64,000 nucleotides of DNA from Eubacteriales bacterium (lineage in GTDB: Bacteria; Bacillota; Clostridia; Oscillospirales; CAG-272). This document shows, in pieces, positions 37,126-47,311 of the stretch. Every line of letters starts with the position of its first letter. Positions within the stretch are counted from its first letter, which is position 1. The stretch is from positions 5,478-69,477 of the forward strand of contig JAZQWJ010000039.1 of NCBI GenBank assembly GCA_045632285.1, read 5' to 3'. Both the position numbers and the translations under genes were made by a program. The notes under the pieces were generated by a model. That model saw only the letters and a program-made list of their open reading frames with translations. It was not told the origin of the DNA and did not search any database.

Positions 37126-38001
37126 TCAAATGTGTGATGTTAATTTTTGCTGTAATCTGCTACAAAAGCTGCCCGTGCTCAGACGGATCAAACGGGTGAC
37201 CATATCAGAACGCGTTACGCGCACAACGTCTCCCCGATAAAGCTCGTAATTGTTACGTCCGTCTACCGTCATATACAGCATTTTCTCGCGTTGGCAAATG
37301 TTTTTGATTTCGATCGAAGCATCGTCGCGGAACAGCAAAGGACGCGCCGTCAAAGAATGCGGGCAGATCGGGGTGACCAAAATACAGTTTACGTGAGGAT
37401 CGGCAATGGGTCCTCCTGCCGACATTGAATACGCGGTAGAGCCCGTAGGCGTTGATACGATCATACCGTCCGCACGATAGCCGGAGATCATTTCCCCGCC
37501 CTCATAAAGCTCCAGATCCACAATGCGTGCTACCGAGCCGTTCGAGATCACAACGTCGTTCAGTGCATAGGATTCTGCACGTTTTCCGCCGGTCTGCGTA
37601 AAAATACCAACAGAAAGCATCAGTCTTTCGTCGATCGTATAATCGTCATTGATCAGCTTGGAAAGCGACGCCAGATCCTCGGGCTCGATCTCAGCCATAT
37701 AGCCCACACGCCCCATATTAATGCCAAGCAAGGGCTTACCGAGGGGGGAGGCACGGCGTGCCACCTCCAAAATGGTACCGTCACCGCCAAGAACAGCAAT
37801 GCAATCGGCGGCTGCGTAGATCTCATCGGGTGAAACGTATACGTATTCACGACGATTGCGATGCATACGGAAAATGCGATCCTTGTTTACGGACGAAAGC
37901 AAGACCTCTCCGCCAAGCCGAACCAGCTCCTCCGCCACGTTCAAGGCAGCCCGGGCTTTTTCGTAAATATTGAAATTTGTAATAATGGCGATTTTTTTCA
38001 T
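37126..38001 (-). CDS. nadK: NAD(+) kinase
   Basis: GGDGT, GINMG, ALND, DGMIVSTPTGSTAYSMSAGG, PICPH. Confidence 0.96.
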   Translation of the reverse strand: MKKIAIITNFNIYEKARAALNVAEELVRLGGEVLLSSVNKDRIFRMHRNRREYVYVSPDEIYAAADCIAVLGGDGTILEVARRASPLGKPLLGINMGRVGYMAEIEPEDLASLSKLINDDYTIDERLMLSVGIFTQTGGKRAESYALNDVVISNGSVARIVDLELYEGGEMISGYRADGMIVSTPTGSTAYSMSAGGPIADPHVNCILVTPICPHSLTARPLLFRDDASIEIKNICQREKMLYMTVDGRNNYELYRGDVVRVTRSDMVTRLIRLSTGSFCSRLQQKLTSHI

Positions 38002-38780
38002 AAGGCGACCAAACCCTCCAAAACGGTTTTCTCAACCGCGATCTCTGCGGTGCGTGCGGCACCGTCCACGGTAAAATAAGCAAGATATTCCTCGTTGCCG
38101 TCTCCCCCTTTGATGGGAGAGGGCGCAAGTCCACGGCAGATCAGGCCGTGCTGCTCGGCACAAGCCAAAACGCGGCGAACCGCCGCAACGCGATCACGCG
38201 GCGATTTGACGATCCCCTTTTTGTTTAAGGCCCCACGTCCCGCCTCAAACTGCGGTTTGATCAACGAGACAAGGCATCCGCCGCTTTCCAAAACAGACGG
38301 AATGCGCGGCAAAATATAAGTCTGAGAAATAAAGGAAACGTCCATTACGGCGATCTGTACCTTGCCTGTATCCTCGGGAGACAGCTCGCGCGCATTGTAT
38401 TTTTCTATATTGATCACACGCTCGTCCTTCAGCAGCTTGGGGTGCAGCTGACCGCAGCCCGCATCCACGGCAACCACCTCCGCTGCGCCATAACGCAGCA
38501 GGCAATCTGTAAATCCGCCCGTGGACGCACCGATATCGATCCCGCGCATTCCTGTCGGATCGATCTTAAAAGTGTGCAGCGCGGCTTCCAGCTTTCGGCC
38601 GCCGCGTCCCACATAATCGTCGGTGGCGCGCAGAGCCACTGCAGGCTCGCCCTTGACCTCTGCAGCGGGCTTATCCACGGTCATACCGTCGGCGGTTACC
38701 TGCCCTGCAAGAATCATTTTTTTGGCACGCTCGCGGCTTTCCACAAGCCCCTTTTCAACCAAATAAACGTCCCAACGCAT
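37998..38780 (-). CDS. tlyA: TlyA family rRNA 2'-O-methyltransferase
   Basis: S4 domain, DIGASTGGFTD, DVSFIS, LIKPQFE, GNEEY. Confidence 0.95.
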   Translation of the reverse strand: MRWDVYLVEKGLVESRERAKKMILAGQVTADGMTVDKPAAEVKGEPAVALRATDDYVGRGGRKLEAALHTFKIDPTGMRGIDIGASTGGFTDCLLRYGAAEVVAVDAGCGQLHPKLLKDERVINIEKYNARELSPEDTGKVQIAVMDVSFISQTYILPRIPSVLESGGCLVSLIKPQFEAGRGALNKKGIVKSPRDRVAAVRRVLACAEQHGLICRGLAPSPIKGGDGNEEYLAYFTVDGAARTAEIAVEKTVLEGLVAL

Positions 38781-38781
38781 A

Positions 38782-39663
38782 TCAAAAGCCTCGCATCACC
38801 AATGCATCGGCCAGATCGCAAAGGAATTCGCTTCCGACGATCTGTGCAATAGAAGTCTTTGCCTCGTGTGTTACGCGCGCTGCGTATTGACGAGCCTCTT
38901 CAACCGAGAAATAAGACAAAAATGTCGTTTTTTCATCGCGCTTGTCCGATCCAACGCTCTTTCCAAGCGTTTGTTCGTCAGAGGTAGCATCCAGCACGTC
39001 GTCTACGATCTGAAATGCCAGCCCTATGCCGCGCGCAAACGTTTTGGCTGCAAGCAGCCTATCATCATCGGGAGAAAGCCCCGCAGCAAGGCAACCAAGC
39101 TCAGCCGAAACCGAGATCAAAGCCCCCGTTTTGTGTGCGTGGAGTTTAAGCAGTTTTTCTAAAGGGATCTTCTTCCCTTCGCCTGCAAGATCCATGACCT
39201 GACCGCCGATCATACCAAAGGCTCCCGCCGCACGGGAAAGTGCCGCCACGGCTGCGCGGATCGTCTCGCCCGAAACGGGTGCAGCCGCAACAGCGCCAAA
39301 AGCACGCGTCAGCAGGCCGTCGCCCGCAAGCAATGCCGTGCTTTCTCCAAACGCTTTGTGACACGTGGGCTTTCCGCGGCGCAGATCGTCGTCATCCATA
39401 CAAGGCAGATCATCGTGTATCAGCGAATAAGTGTGGATCATCTCCACAGCGGCCGCAAAGGGCAACGCCGCACGGTCCTTACCGCCAAACAAGCGGCAAA
39501 ACTCCAGCACCAACGTGGGGCGGATGCGCTTGGCTCTGGAAAAAAGGCTGTATCTTTCTGCGGCAAGCTCAGCGGAAAAATCCGTATCCTCCTCGGCGAG
39601 CATATCAGCAAGCGTAGCCTCGACAAGAGCGGCATTGGCCGCAAGGCGCTCGTTAACGATCAT
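38782..39663 (-). CDS. ispA: polyprenyl (farnesyl) diphosphate synthase
   Basis: KRIRP, HDDLPCMDDDDLRRGKP, GGQVMD, FQIVDDVLD. Confidence 0.93.
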   Translation of the reverse strand: MIVNERLAANAALVEATLADMLAEEDTDFSAELAAERYSLFSRAKRIRPTLVLEFCRLFGGKDRAALPFAAAVEMIHTYSLIHDDLPCMDDDDLRRGKPTCHKAFGESTALLAGDGLLTRAFGAVAAAPVSGETIRAAVAALSRAAGAFGMIGGQVMDLAGEGKKIPLEKLLKLHAHKTGALISVSAELGCLAAGLSPDDDRLLAAKTFARGIGLAFQIVDDVLDATSDEQTLGKSVGSDKRDEKTTFLSYFSVEEARQYAARVTHEAKTSIAQIVGSEFLCDLADALVMRGF

Positions 39664-39899
39664 ACTTCGGCCTCCCGCTCAAAGGGCTCGGTCAAGGCTT
39701 CGTCCTGCCCTGTCATCCGCACGGCGGAAACACGCTGCTGTGCCTCGTCCAACCGACGGTTGCAAAGGCGAACCAGCTCTACGCCGCGCTCGTAAAGACC
39801 CAGCGATTGGTCCAGCCCAACGCGACCGGCCTCCAGCTCGTTTACAATATTTTGCAATTCCTCCAGAGCACGCTCAAAGGAAAACTCCTGTTCTTTCAT
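39660..39899 (-). CDS. xseB: exodeoxyribonuclease VII small subunit
   Basis: SFERALEELQNIVNELE..LDQSLGLYERG; coupled to xseA. Confidence 0.94.
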   Translation of the reverse strand: MKEQEFSFERALEELQNIVNELEAGRVGLDQSLGLYERGVELVRLCNRRLDEAQQRVSAVRMTGQDEALTEPFEREAEV

Positions 39900-41125
39900 T
39901 CCAACTCACTTTCCCGAATGCCATTTATAACGGCACTCGCGGTTTTATCAGCAAAGCGAACGTTGATCTCCTGCCCCACACACAGATCCTTGCCTCCCGT
40001 AATGGGGCAGCCTTCGCCATCAAATACAGCAGCATACCCTCTGGAAAGTACCCGAAGCGGGTTCAAGGCATCCAATTTGGCGGTCAGCCCGCCAAACGTG
40101 CCACGCGCCTGTGTAGTCATACGTTCTGTCGCACCCGTCAAACGTTGCTCTAAAAAAGCAACAGTCATTGCGCGCTCCTCCAGATAATGTGACGGAGAAC
40201 GCAACACACCTTTATCAGCCAACAGTGCAACTTGTGCGCGCGCATGGGTCAACGCGCCCAAAATACAATTCCTCAAGCGCTCGTTTACGCTACTTACGGC
40301 CTGCCGCAGCTCTGCTATATCCGGGACAGCTAATTCGGCCGCTGCCGACGGTGTAGGTGCACGCAGATCAGCCACGAAATCACAAATAGTAAAATCGGTT
40401 TCGTGACCCACAGCCGAGATCACGGGAATGGGAGAAGCAGAAACGGCTCGGGCCAGAGCCTCGTCGTTAAAGGCCCACAGATCCTCGGCAGAGCCTCCGC
40501 CGCGCCCAATAATGATCAGATCAACGGGAAGCTGCTCCGCAAAGGTCCGCAGACCGCGGATCATACTCTCTGCCGCACCGCTCCCTTGAACCAACGCAGG
40601 ATATAGGACGACCTCAGCCAAAGGATATCTCCGCCCAAGGATCTGGATCATATCACGAACAGCCGCACCGGTCGGTGACGTGATCACGCCGATCCTTTCA
40701 GGGAAGCGAGGCAGCCTTCGCTTTTTTTCAGAAGCGAACAGTCCTTCTCCCTCCAGCTTTTGACGCAACTGCTCAAATGCCAGGTATAACGCGCCCACGC
40801 CGTCCGGAATCATTTCATCTACGTAGATCTGATACTGTCCGTCACGCGGAAAGGCCGAAACTCTGCCGTGAACGATCACCTTCATACCGTTTTCCGGTGC
40901 AAAACGAACGCGACCGGCATAGGTGCGAAACATCACGGCACGTACCAAGGCAGCTTCATCCTTCAAAGAAAAATAAAAATGCCCTGTTTTATAATGATTG
41001 GTGAAATTAGAGATCTCACCGCGGATCAAAACATCGGAAAGAAGGCCGTTGCCATCCATCAGCATTTTGATGTATTCATTCAACTCACCAACAGTCAAAA
41101 GCTGTGCCACAACATGCTCCTCCAC
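39896..41125 (-). CDS. xseA: exodeoxyribonuclease VII large subunit
   Basis: GEISNF, GHFYFSLKD, TSPTGAA, RGGGSAEDL, VGHETD, RAPTPSAAAE. Confidence 0.96.
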   Translation of the reverse strand: MEEHVVAQLLTVGELNEYIKMLMDGNGLLSDVLIRGEISNFTNHYKTGHFYFSLKDEAALVRAVMFRTYAGRVRFAPENGMKVIVHGRVSAFPRDGQYQIYVDEMIPDGVGALYLAFEQLRQKLEGEGLFASEKKRRLPRFPERIGVITSPTGAAVRDMIQILGRRYPLAEVVLYPALVQGSGAAESMIRGLRTFAEQLPVDLIIIGRGGGSAEDLWAFNDEALARAVSASPIPVISAVGHETDFTICDFVADLRAPTPSAAAELAVPDIAELRQAVSSVNERLRNCILGALTHARAQVALLADKGVLRSPSHYLEERAMTVAFLEQRLTGATERMTTQARGTFGGLTAKLDALNPLRVLSRGYAAVFDGEGCPITGGKDLCVGQEINVRFADKTASAVINGIRESELE

Positions 41126-41132
41126 TCATAGA

Positions 41133-42089
41133 TCACGCTTGTATCGCGCGTGCTCTGCAAAGCAATGCTACACCTGCTGCGTTATCCGCAGAAAACGCAG
41201 GCTGCGCGAAATACACACCGTCGCCAAGCTGCTGACGCAAGCCCTTGGCGATGATCTGATTGCTCATAACGCCTCCCGCAAATAACAAGGGAAGCTCTGT
41301 ATGTTCAAGGCGAAGCCAACGGGACATGGTTGCCAGCGTCTGTGTTAAAAACTCCAGCACAAAAGCCGCCGTCAGTGCCTTATCTTCGGTTTTTCTGTAA
41401 AGCTCCAATGCCAGATTTTCCAATCCGGAAAGGTTACAGGTCCCCTCTTTGACCGAAATACGCGGTTTTGGGATCTTTTTTGTGTTAGCCATTGCCAGCG
41501 CTTCCAGTGCAGGGCCGCACGGGAAGGATAGCCCCAAGGCTACCCCAATGCGATCCACCGCCTGCCCCGCGTGCAGGTCAGCGCTGCCGCCCACAAGCTC
41601 CACAGAAAAATCCAGATCCTTGGGGTGGACCAAAAGCATCTCTGTGGTTCCGCCCGAAACGTGAAAGGCACCAAAGCTCCTTCCTATTAGCGCATCGGTA
41701 GCTCCCGACGAATACAGGGCTGCCATCAGGTGACCGCTTTGGTGCGAAACGCGATAGATGGGCAGATGCAATACGGCGGCGATCGCTTCGGCAACGACCT
41801 CTCCCACAAGAAAGCACGGCATATAAGAGCCCTCTGCATCACGAGGGCGTACTGATACACCGATCGCCACGGGCTCATATCCGGCCAGAACAGTCTCCAG
41901 CTGCGGCAGCAGCTGCGGCAGATTTTTAATATGGGCAAAAACAGCCTCGCTTTGGCGAAGGCCGCGTCCTCCCTCCTTTACCGGCAACAGCAGCTTCAGA
42001 TTGGCTATGACCTCGCCGCCTTCGTTTGCAATGGCAAGAGAGGTGGTATAGTTGCTGGTATCAATGCCAATATAGCATCTTTCAGCCAT
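41133..42089 (-). CDS. Kae1/TsaD (peptidase M22) family paralogue
   Basis: GIDTSNYTTS, SHQSGH, HVSGGTTE, AGQAVDR, AGGVMSN, SADNAAG. Confidence 0.88.
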   Translation of the reverse strand: MAERCYIGIDTSNYTTSLAIANEGGEVIANLKLLLPVKEGGRGLRQSEAVFAHIKNLPQLLPQLETVLAGYEPVAIGVSVRPRDAEGSYMPCFLVGEVVAEAIAAVLHLPIYRVSHQSGHLMAALYSSGATDALIGRSFGAFHVSGGTTEMLLVHPKDLDFSVELVGGSADLHAGQAVDRIGVALGLSFPCGPALEALAMANTKKIPKPRISVKEGTCNLSGLENLALELYRKTEDKALTAAFVLEFLTQTLATMSRWLRLEHTELPLLFAGGVMSNQIIAKGLRQQLGDGVYFAQPAFSADNAAGVALLCRARAIQA

Positions 42090-42501
42090 TTTCTGCTCCG
42101 CTAATGTCGTTTTTTACACTGTTCAACACACCGTTTACAAAGGCGCGCGCCTTTTCCTCGTCAAACTTTTTGCAAAGCTCCACCGCTTCGTTGATCGATA
42201 CACTTTCGGGGATATCCTTGCAATACAGCAGCTCGTAAACGCAAAGACGCAAGAGCGAGCGAGAGACCCTTGAGATACGACTGGTCTTCCATCCGTTTGC
42301 GTGTTTGTTGATCAGCTCGTCGATCTCTTCAAGATGCTCCTGAACCCCGAAATACGTATTTTGAATGTAATCATCCTGCGCGATCTCGCGATTTTCGGTA
42401 GAAACAGCAAAGATCTCCGCTCTGGGCTCGTCCGCACGAAACTCGGTTTCAAACAGCAGTTCAAAAACTGCCTCTCTCGCTTCTCTTCTGTTGATAGCCA
42501 T
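42082..42501 (-). CDS. nusB: transcription antitermination factor NusB
   Basis: RREARE, INEAVELCKKF, FVNGVL. Confidence 0.94.
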   Translation of the reverse strand: MAINRREAREAVFELLFETEFRADEPRAEIFAVSTENREIAQDDYIQNTYFGVQEHLEEIDELINKHANGWKTSRISRVSRSLLRLCVYELLYCKDIPESVSINEAVELCKKFDEEKARAFVNGVLNSVKNDISGAENG

Positions 42502-42552
42502 AATGTCCTTTCCGTTATTATCATAACGTCATAATAAAATAATTATAATATT

Positions 42553-42581
42553 ATTATAGTCATTCGTTATGTTCTTGTCAA
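42553..42581 (-). promoter_or_regulatory. consensus sigma-A promoter of the nusB operon
   Basis: TTGACA-17 bp-TATAAT. Confidence 0.88.
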
Positions 42582-42625
42582 GCCTGAAATGCATATTATT
42601 ATGAATATTTTGAATATTTTTCAAT

Positions 42626-42663
42626 AAAAGGCCCCTTGCACCGCAGTGCAAGGGGCCTTTTTT
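42626..42663. terminator. intrinsic terminator after rubredoxin
   Basis: AAAAGGCCCCTTGCAC-cgca-GTGCAAGGGGCCTTTT. Confidence 0.88.
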
Positions 42664-42839
42664 CACTCGTCATCCTCGGATCTCGCCTTTTCAAAGTCTT
42701 CTTTGGCTGCACCGCATAAGGGGCAGACGAATTGCTCTGGCAGATCCTCAAATTCTGTTTTTTCCGGAATCCCATTTTCCGGATCCCCTGACTTAGGATC
42801 ATATTCGTAACCGCAGAGCTGACAGACATAAATTACCAT
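42663..42839 (-). CDS. rubredoxin
   Basis: [35 protein letters not shown] before ATG 42839. Confidence 0.95.
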   Translation of the reverse strand: MVIYVCQLCGYEYDPKSGDPENGIPEKTEFEDLPEQFVCPLCGAAKEDFEKARSEDDE

Positions 42840-42974
42840 AGATAAAAGCCTCCCAGAAATAAATTTCAAAAAATCAATTACTGTTTTACATCAACGCAGT
42901 CAAAAGATTTTTGCGATCTTATACGAATATTGACATTCTCACTTCCCGATACCATAAATTTGGTATTTTTGAAG

Positions 42975-43619
42975 TCAGATGATCCTGTCTTCGTCTTTTT
43001 CAGAGGTATAGATCTTGATCAGCTGTGCGATCATTTGCGCAGTCCCCTCCACACCAAGCAAGGAGCTATCCAAAGACATATGATAGTTTTCAAATTTTCC
43101 CCATTTTTTGCCGGTGTAAAAATTATAATAACTGATGCGCTTTTTGTCGGTCTTGTTGATCAGAGCCTCGGCTTCCTTGGCGGAAATATCGTGCCGTTTG
43201 GCAATGCGATTTACGCGCGATTCAAAATCGGAATAAATAAAAAAGCTGAGACGATGCGGATGATTGCGCAGGATATAGTCGGCGCAACGACCAATAAAAA
43301 TGGCAGAATCGCTCTCCGCCGCTTCCTTGATGATCTCGGTCTGTGCAATAAACAGCTGATCGTTGATCGGAACGTCAACGCCGAGATGGCGCGCACCATA
43401 CAAGGAGCCTCCCATCGCCAGCGTGTACAGCAGGCTGTTTGCAGCCTTTTCATCTACGCGGCGCAGATAATCAGGGTTGATCCCCTTTTTCTCGGCAGCC
43501 ATTGTAAGCAGCTCCTTATCATAGACCTTTATGCCAAGGATCTCACCCACGCGCATGCCGATCTCACGGCCTCCGCTACCAAATTGACGACCAATGGTAA
43601 TTGCCAATTTATCTGCCAT
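42975..43619 (-). CDS. cytidylate kinase-like family protein
   Basis: TIGRQFGSGG, YDKEL, IGRCADYIL, TDKKR..YY..YTG. AAGGAG RBS. Confidence 0.9.
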   Translation of the reverse strand: MADKLAITIGRQFGSGGREIGMRVGEILGIKVYDKELLTMAAEKKGINPDYLRRVDEKAANSLLYTLAMGGSLYGARHLGVDVPINDQLFIAQTEIIKEAAESDSAIFIGRCADYILRNHPHRLSFFIYSDFESRVNRIAKRHDISAKEAEALINKTDKKRISYYNFYTGKKWGKFENYHMSLDSSLLGVEGTAQMIAQLIKIYTSEKDEDRII

Positions 43620-43761
43620 AAAACTCACTCCTTTGCTTGTTTTCATTTTCAGTATAGCACATCGAATAAGATTTGTAAAGAGAATTTTTAAGTGTTATTT
43701 TTTCTTCGCTTGGAATAAAATATGCTCAAGAACACAAATGTGCTTCGCTTTGAGGTGAAAT

Positions 43762-45369
43762 ATGAAAACCAAACGCCAATATCTTTGGAATGCCCTGCTG
43801 CTGACAGCCGTAACACTGCTGATGCGCACAGTGGCAGTCAGCTTTAACGTTTACGTTTCAAACCGCGTTGGCGCAGAGGCGATGGGGCTGCTTGCCTTGA
43901 TCGGCAGTGTATACGGCTTTGCTGTAACGTTGGCGACCTCCGGCATCCATCTGGCGACCGTGCGCACGGTTGCAGCGGGGCTTGAGGCAAGCGGCGGTGC
44001 TGACAATAAGCGGATCCTTCGCGCCTGCCTTTCCTATGCTGCGTTCTTTGGAACGACCGCAACGCTCCTCCTTCTCTTGCTGGCGCGCCCCATCTCACAC
44101 TACGTTCTGCGCGACGCGCGCGCCCTTCGCGCTCTCTTTCTCCTCTCTATCACACTGCTTCCCATTGCGCTGACCTCGGTGTTGAACGGCTATTTTACCG
44201 CCGTGCGCCGCGCATGGAAAAATGCCGTTTCGCAGGTAAGCGAGCAAGGGATAAAAATTGCGCTGACGATCTATCTGCTGCTGGTCGTTTCCCCCAAGAC
44301 CATAGAGGGGTCTGTGCTTGCCATACTGCTTGGAGGCGCCGTATCGGAAAGCTTTTCGTTGCTTGTAAATCTACTGCTTTATCATACAGACAAAAAACAT
44401 TTTTGTTGTGTTTCTACCTCAAAAAGTAAGCAAAAGATCAAGGTTTCTTCCATCGCGCTTCCGGTTGCAATCAGCGCATATATGCGGTCAGGTTTGCTCG
44501 CAATAGAACATATTTTAATCCCTCGCGGACTTTTAAGCTATGGAGCGGGTAATTCAGCCGCATTGGCCGCCTATGGCTCGTTGCATAGCATGGCGCTCCC
44601 CGTTGTGCTGTATCCGGCTGCCATCCTCTCCTCATTTTCTTCTCTTCTTATTCCTGAGATCACCGAACAGGAGAGCGCCGGTAACAGGCGAGAGATCCGC
44701 TATATCGCAGGGCGCGCCTATCAGCTGACCTTGTTGTTTTCCATCGGCGTCAGCGGCATTATGATCTTGCTTTCCGGTGAGCTTGGTGCAGTGCTATACG
44801 GTAATGAAGCGGTCTCAGGATTCATCCGCTATCTTGCGCCACTGATACCCATTATGTATCTGGACACCGCAACCGACGCTATGCTGAAGGGGCTTGGCCA
44901 ACAGGTCTATTCCATGAACGTCAATATTATGGATGCGTTGATCTCCGTGATCGCAGTTGCCCTTCTCGTACCACGAATGGGAATTACCGGATATCTGGTC
45001 ACGATCTATATTACCGAGATCTTTAATGCTGCACTCAGCGTCACCCGCCTGCTTCGGGTCAGCGGTTATCGCCCCCGGATCACGGCATTGATCCTTCGTC
45101 CGCTGTTGGCGGCCATCGGTGCCGCATCTTTGACAAGGATCCTCTTTTTCCGTTTTACCAACGCCCCTGCAAGCGGCGCCTGCTTGGCGCTTCATATTAC
45201 AGCAGCCGCTTTACTTTACGTTCTTCTGTTATATCTGACCGGAGGCTTTGGAAAAAAAGATACCGGTTGGCTTTTCAGCCTCCTCTTTTCCCCGGCGACA
45301 GGCCGCAAAGCAAAAGGGATCCCGCACAAAAATCCCCTTGTTTTGCATACCAAGCGCTTAAACGAATGA
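43762..45369 (+). CDS. MOP-superfamily flippase, SpoVB/MurJ-like
   Basis: About 13-14 TM segments; VGAEAMGL, SQVSEQ, ALAAYG, LKGLGQQ. Confidence 0.85.
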   Translation: MKTKRQYLWNALLLTAVTLLMRTVAVSFNVYVSNRVGAEAMGLLALIGSVYGFAVTLATSGIHLATVRTVAAGLEASGGADNKRILRACLSYAAFFGTTATLLLLLLARPISHYVLRDARALRALFLLSITLLPIALTSVLNGYFTAVRRAWKNAVSQVSEQGIKIALTIYLLLVVSPKTIEGSVLAILLGGAVSESFSLLVNLLLYHTDKKHFCCVSTSKSKQKIKVSSIALPVAISAYMRSGLLAIEHILIPRGLLSYGAGNSAALAAYGSLHSMALPVVLYPAAILSSFSSLLIPEITEQESAGNRREIRYIAGRAYQLTLLFSIGVSGIMILLSGELGAVLYGNEAVSGFIRYLAPLIPIMYLDTATDAMLKGLGQQVYSMNVNIMDALISVIAVALLVPRMGITGYLVTIYITEIFNAALSVTRLLRVSGYRPRITALILRPLLAAIGAASLTRILFFRFTNAPASGACLALHITAAALLYVLLLYLTGGFGKKDTGWLFSLLFSPATGRKAKGIPHKNPLVLHTKRLNE

Positions 45370-45427
45370 TTTTGTTGCCGATCGCTCTTTTTAAATGTTA
45401 ATAAATTGTAACATGTGCAAGATGCTG

Positions 45428-45456
45428 TTGAAAATCTTTCAAAAATGTTGTATACT
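45428..45456 (+). promoter_or_regulatory. sigma-A promoter of pckG
   Basis: TTGAAA-17 bp-TATACT. Confidence 0.75.
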
Positions 45457-45510
45457 GTACCATGGAAATGACTGGAAACATCAGTCCCAAAAATAGGAGG
45501 AAGAAAAGTT

Positions 45511-47301
45511 ATGAAACATTTGACCCAGAACCAGCACGTTGTATCCTGGATCGAAGAAATGGCTGCTATGACCCAGCCCGACAACATCGTCTGGATCGAC
45601 GGCACCGAAGCTCAGGCAGAGGCTCTGCGCGCAGAGGCTTGCTCCACCGGCGAGCTGATCAAGCTGAACCAGGATCTGCTGCCCAACTGCTACCTGCACC
45701 GCACCGCCATCAACGACGTTGCACGTGTTGAGAACAGAACCTTCATCTGCACCACCAAGAAGGAGGACGCCGGCAACATCAACAACTGGATGGCTCCTGC
45801 TGAAATGAAGGAGAAGCTCTTCAAGCTTTACAAGAACTCTATGAAGGGCCGTACTATGTACGTTATCCCCTACTCTATGGGCGTTGTAGGCTCTGACTTT
45901 GCCAAGTACGGCATTGAGCTGACCGACTCTATCTACGTTGTTTTGAACATGCTGATCATGACCCGCGTCGGCACCAACGTGCTTGAGGCTCTGGGCGACA
46001 GCGCAGATTACATTAAGGGTCTGCACGCTCGCGCTGATATCGACGAGGAGAATCGCTATATCACCCACTTCCCCGAGACCAACGAGATCATGTCCGTTAA
46101 CTCCGGTTACGGCGGAAACGTTCTGCTGGGCAAGAAGTGCTTTGCTCTGCGTATCGCCTCCTACCTTGGCCGTAAGGAAGGTTGGATGGCTGAGCATATG
46201 CTCATCCTTGGCGTGAAGTACCCCAACGGTGAGAAGAAGTACGTGACCGCTGCATTCCCCTCCGCCTGCGGCAAGACCAACCTCGCAATGCTCATTCCTC
46301 CCGCAGCTCTCAAGAAAGAGGGCTATGAGGTTGAGTGTGTCGGTGACGACATTGCTTGGCTCCGTGTCGGCGAAGACGGACGTCTGTGGGCTGTCAACCC
46401 CGAGAACGGCTTCTTTGGCGTTGCTCCCGGCACCAACGACAAGTCCAACCCCAACGCACTGGCTACCACCATGCGTGACACCATCTTCACCAACGTTGTT
46501 CACGACACCAAGAACAATACCGTTTGGTGGGAAGGCCCCAACGACAATCCTCCCGCTCCCGGCAACGCTATCGACTGGAAGGGCAATCCTTGGGACTGCA
46601 CCAAGTTTGATAAGAAGGATAAGTCCACCTGCGGCGCTCATCCCAACTCCCGCTTCACCGCACTGGCTGCAAACTGCCCCTGCATCTCTCCCGAGTTCAA
46701 TAGCCTGAAGGGTGTTCCCGTATCCGCTATCGTATTCGGCGGCCGTCGTGCAAAGACTGCTCCCCTGGTTTACCAGTCCTTCAACTGGCAGCACGGTTCC
46801 TTTGTTGGCTCCATCATGGCCTCCGAGACCACTGCAGCCGCTGCAGGTGCCGTCGGCGTAGTCCGTCGCGATCCTATGGCTATGCGTCCCTTCGTTGGCT
46901 ACAACATGGGCGACTACTGGCAGCACTGGCTGGATATGGGTAAGAAGATCCCCAATCCTCCCGCAATCTTCCACGTCAACTGGTTCCGCACCGATGACGA
47001 GGGTCACTTCATTTGGCCCGGCTTTGGCGACAATATGCGCGTTCTGCTCTGGATCCTGGCTCGTTGCGAGGGCAAGGTAGACGCCGTTGAGACCGCTATC
47101 GGTTACGTTCCTAATGCAGAGGACATCAACATCGACGGTCTGGACATCACTCTGGACACGATGAAGGATCTGCTCTCTGTTGACGTTGCTTCCTGGAAGG
47201 AAGACGTTGCCAACATCAAGGAGTTCTATGCTCAGGTTGGCGATGCCGTTCCCGCTACGATGTACGAGGAGCTGGCCGCTCTGGAAAAGAGACTTGGCTA
47301 A
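45511..47301 (+). CDS. pckG: GTP-dependent phosphoenolpyruvate carboxykinase
   Basis: DVARVE, GYGGNVLLGKKCFALR, AFPSACGKTNLAM, VGDDIAW, NPENGFFGV, HPNSRF, HVNWFR; strong codon bias. Confidence 0.97.
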   Translation: MKHLTQNQHVVSWIEEMAAMTQPDNIVWIDGTEAQAEALRAEACSTGELIKLNQDLLPNCYLHRTAINDVARVENRTFICTTKKEDAGNINNWMAPAEMKEKLFKLYKNSMKGRTMYVIPYSMGVVGSDFAKYGIELTDSIYVVLNMLIMTRVGTNVLEALGDSADYIKGLHARADIDEENRYITHFPETNEIMSVNSGYGGNVLLGKKCFALRIASYLGRKEGWMAEHMLILGVKYPNGEKKYVTAAFPSACGKTNLAMLIPPAALKKEGYEVECVGDDIAWLRVGEDGRLWAVNPENGFFGVAPGTNDKSNPNALATTMRDTIFTNVVHDTKNNTVWWEGPNDNPPAPGNAIDWKGNPWDCTKFDKKDKSTCGAHPNSRFTALAANCPCISPEFNSLKGVPVSAIVFGGRRAKTAPLVYQSFNWQHGSFVGSIMASETTAAAAGAVGVVRRDPMAMRPFVGYNMGDYWQHWLDMGKKIPNPPAIFHVNWFRTDDEGHFIWPGFGDNMRVLLWILARCEGKVDAVETAIGYVPNAEDINIDGLDITLDTMKDLLSVDVASWKEDVANIKEFYAQVGDAVPATMYEELAALEKRLG

Positions 47302-47311
47302 TTCCCGATCC

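Noticed and set aside
42590-42625. TGCATA/TGAATA half-sites upstream of the operon containing argR, considered as ARG boxes
   Set aside because: No pair forms TGAAT-N4-ATTCA with correct spacing, and the region is simply AT-rich.
42930-42960. TTGACA on the plus strand suggesting an antisense promoter and a 253-aa ORF opposite the cytidylate-kinase-like gene
   Set aside because: The -10 is poor (CATAAA) and the ORF is a mirror frame without recognisable features.
43711-43745. Possible sigma-E promoter before the SpoVB-like flippase (GAATA...CACAAAT)
   Set aside because: The match is too weak to call without comparative data.
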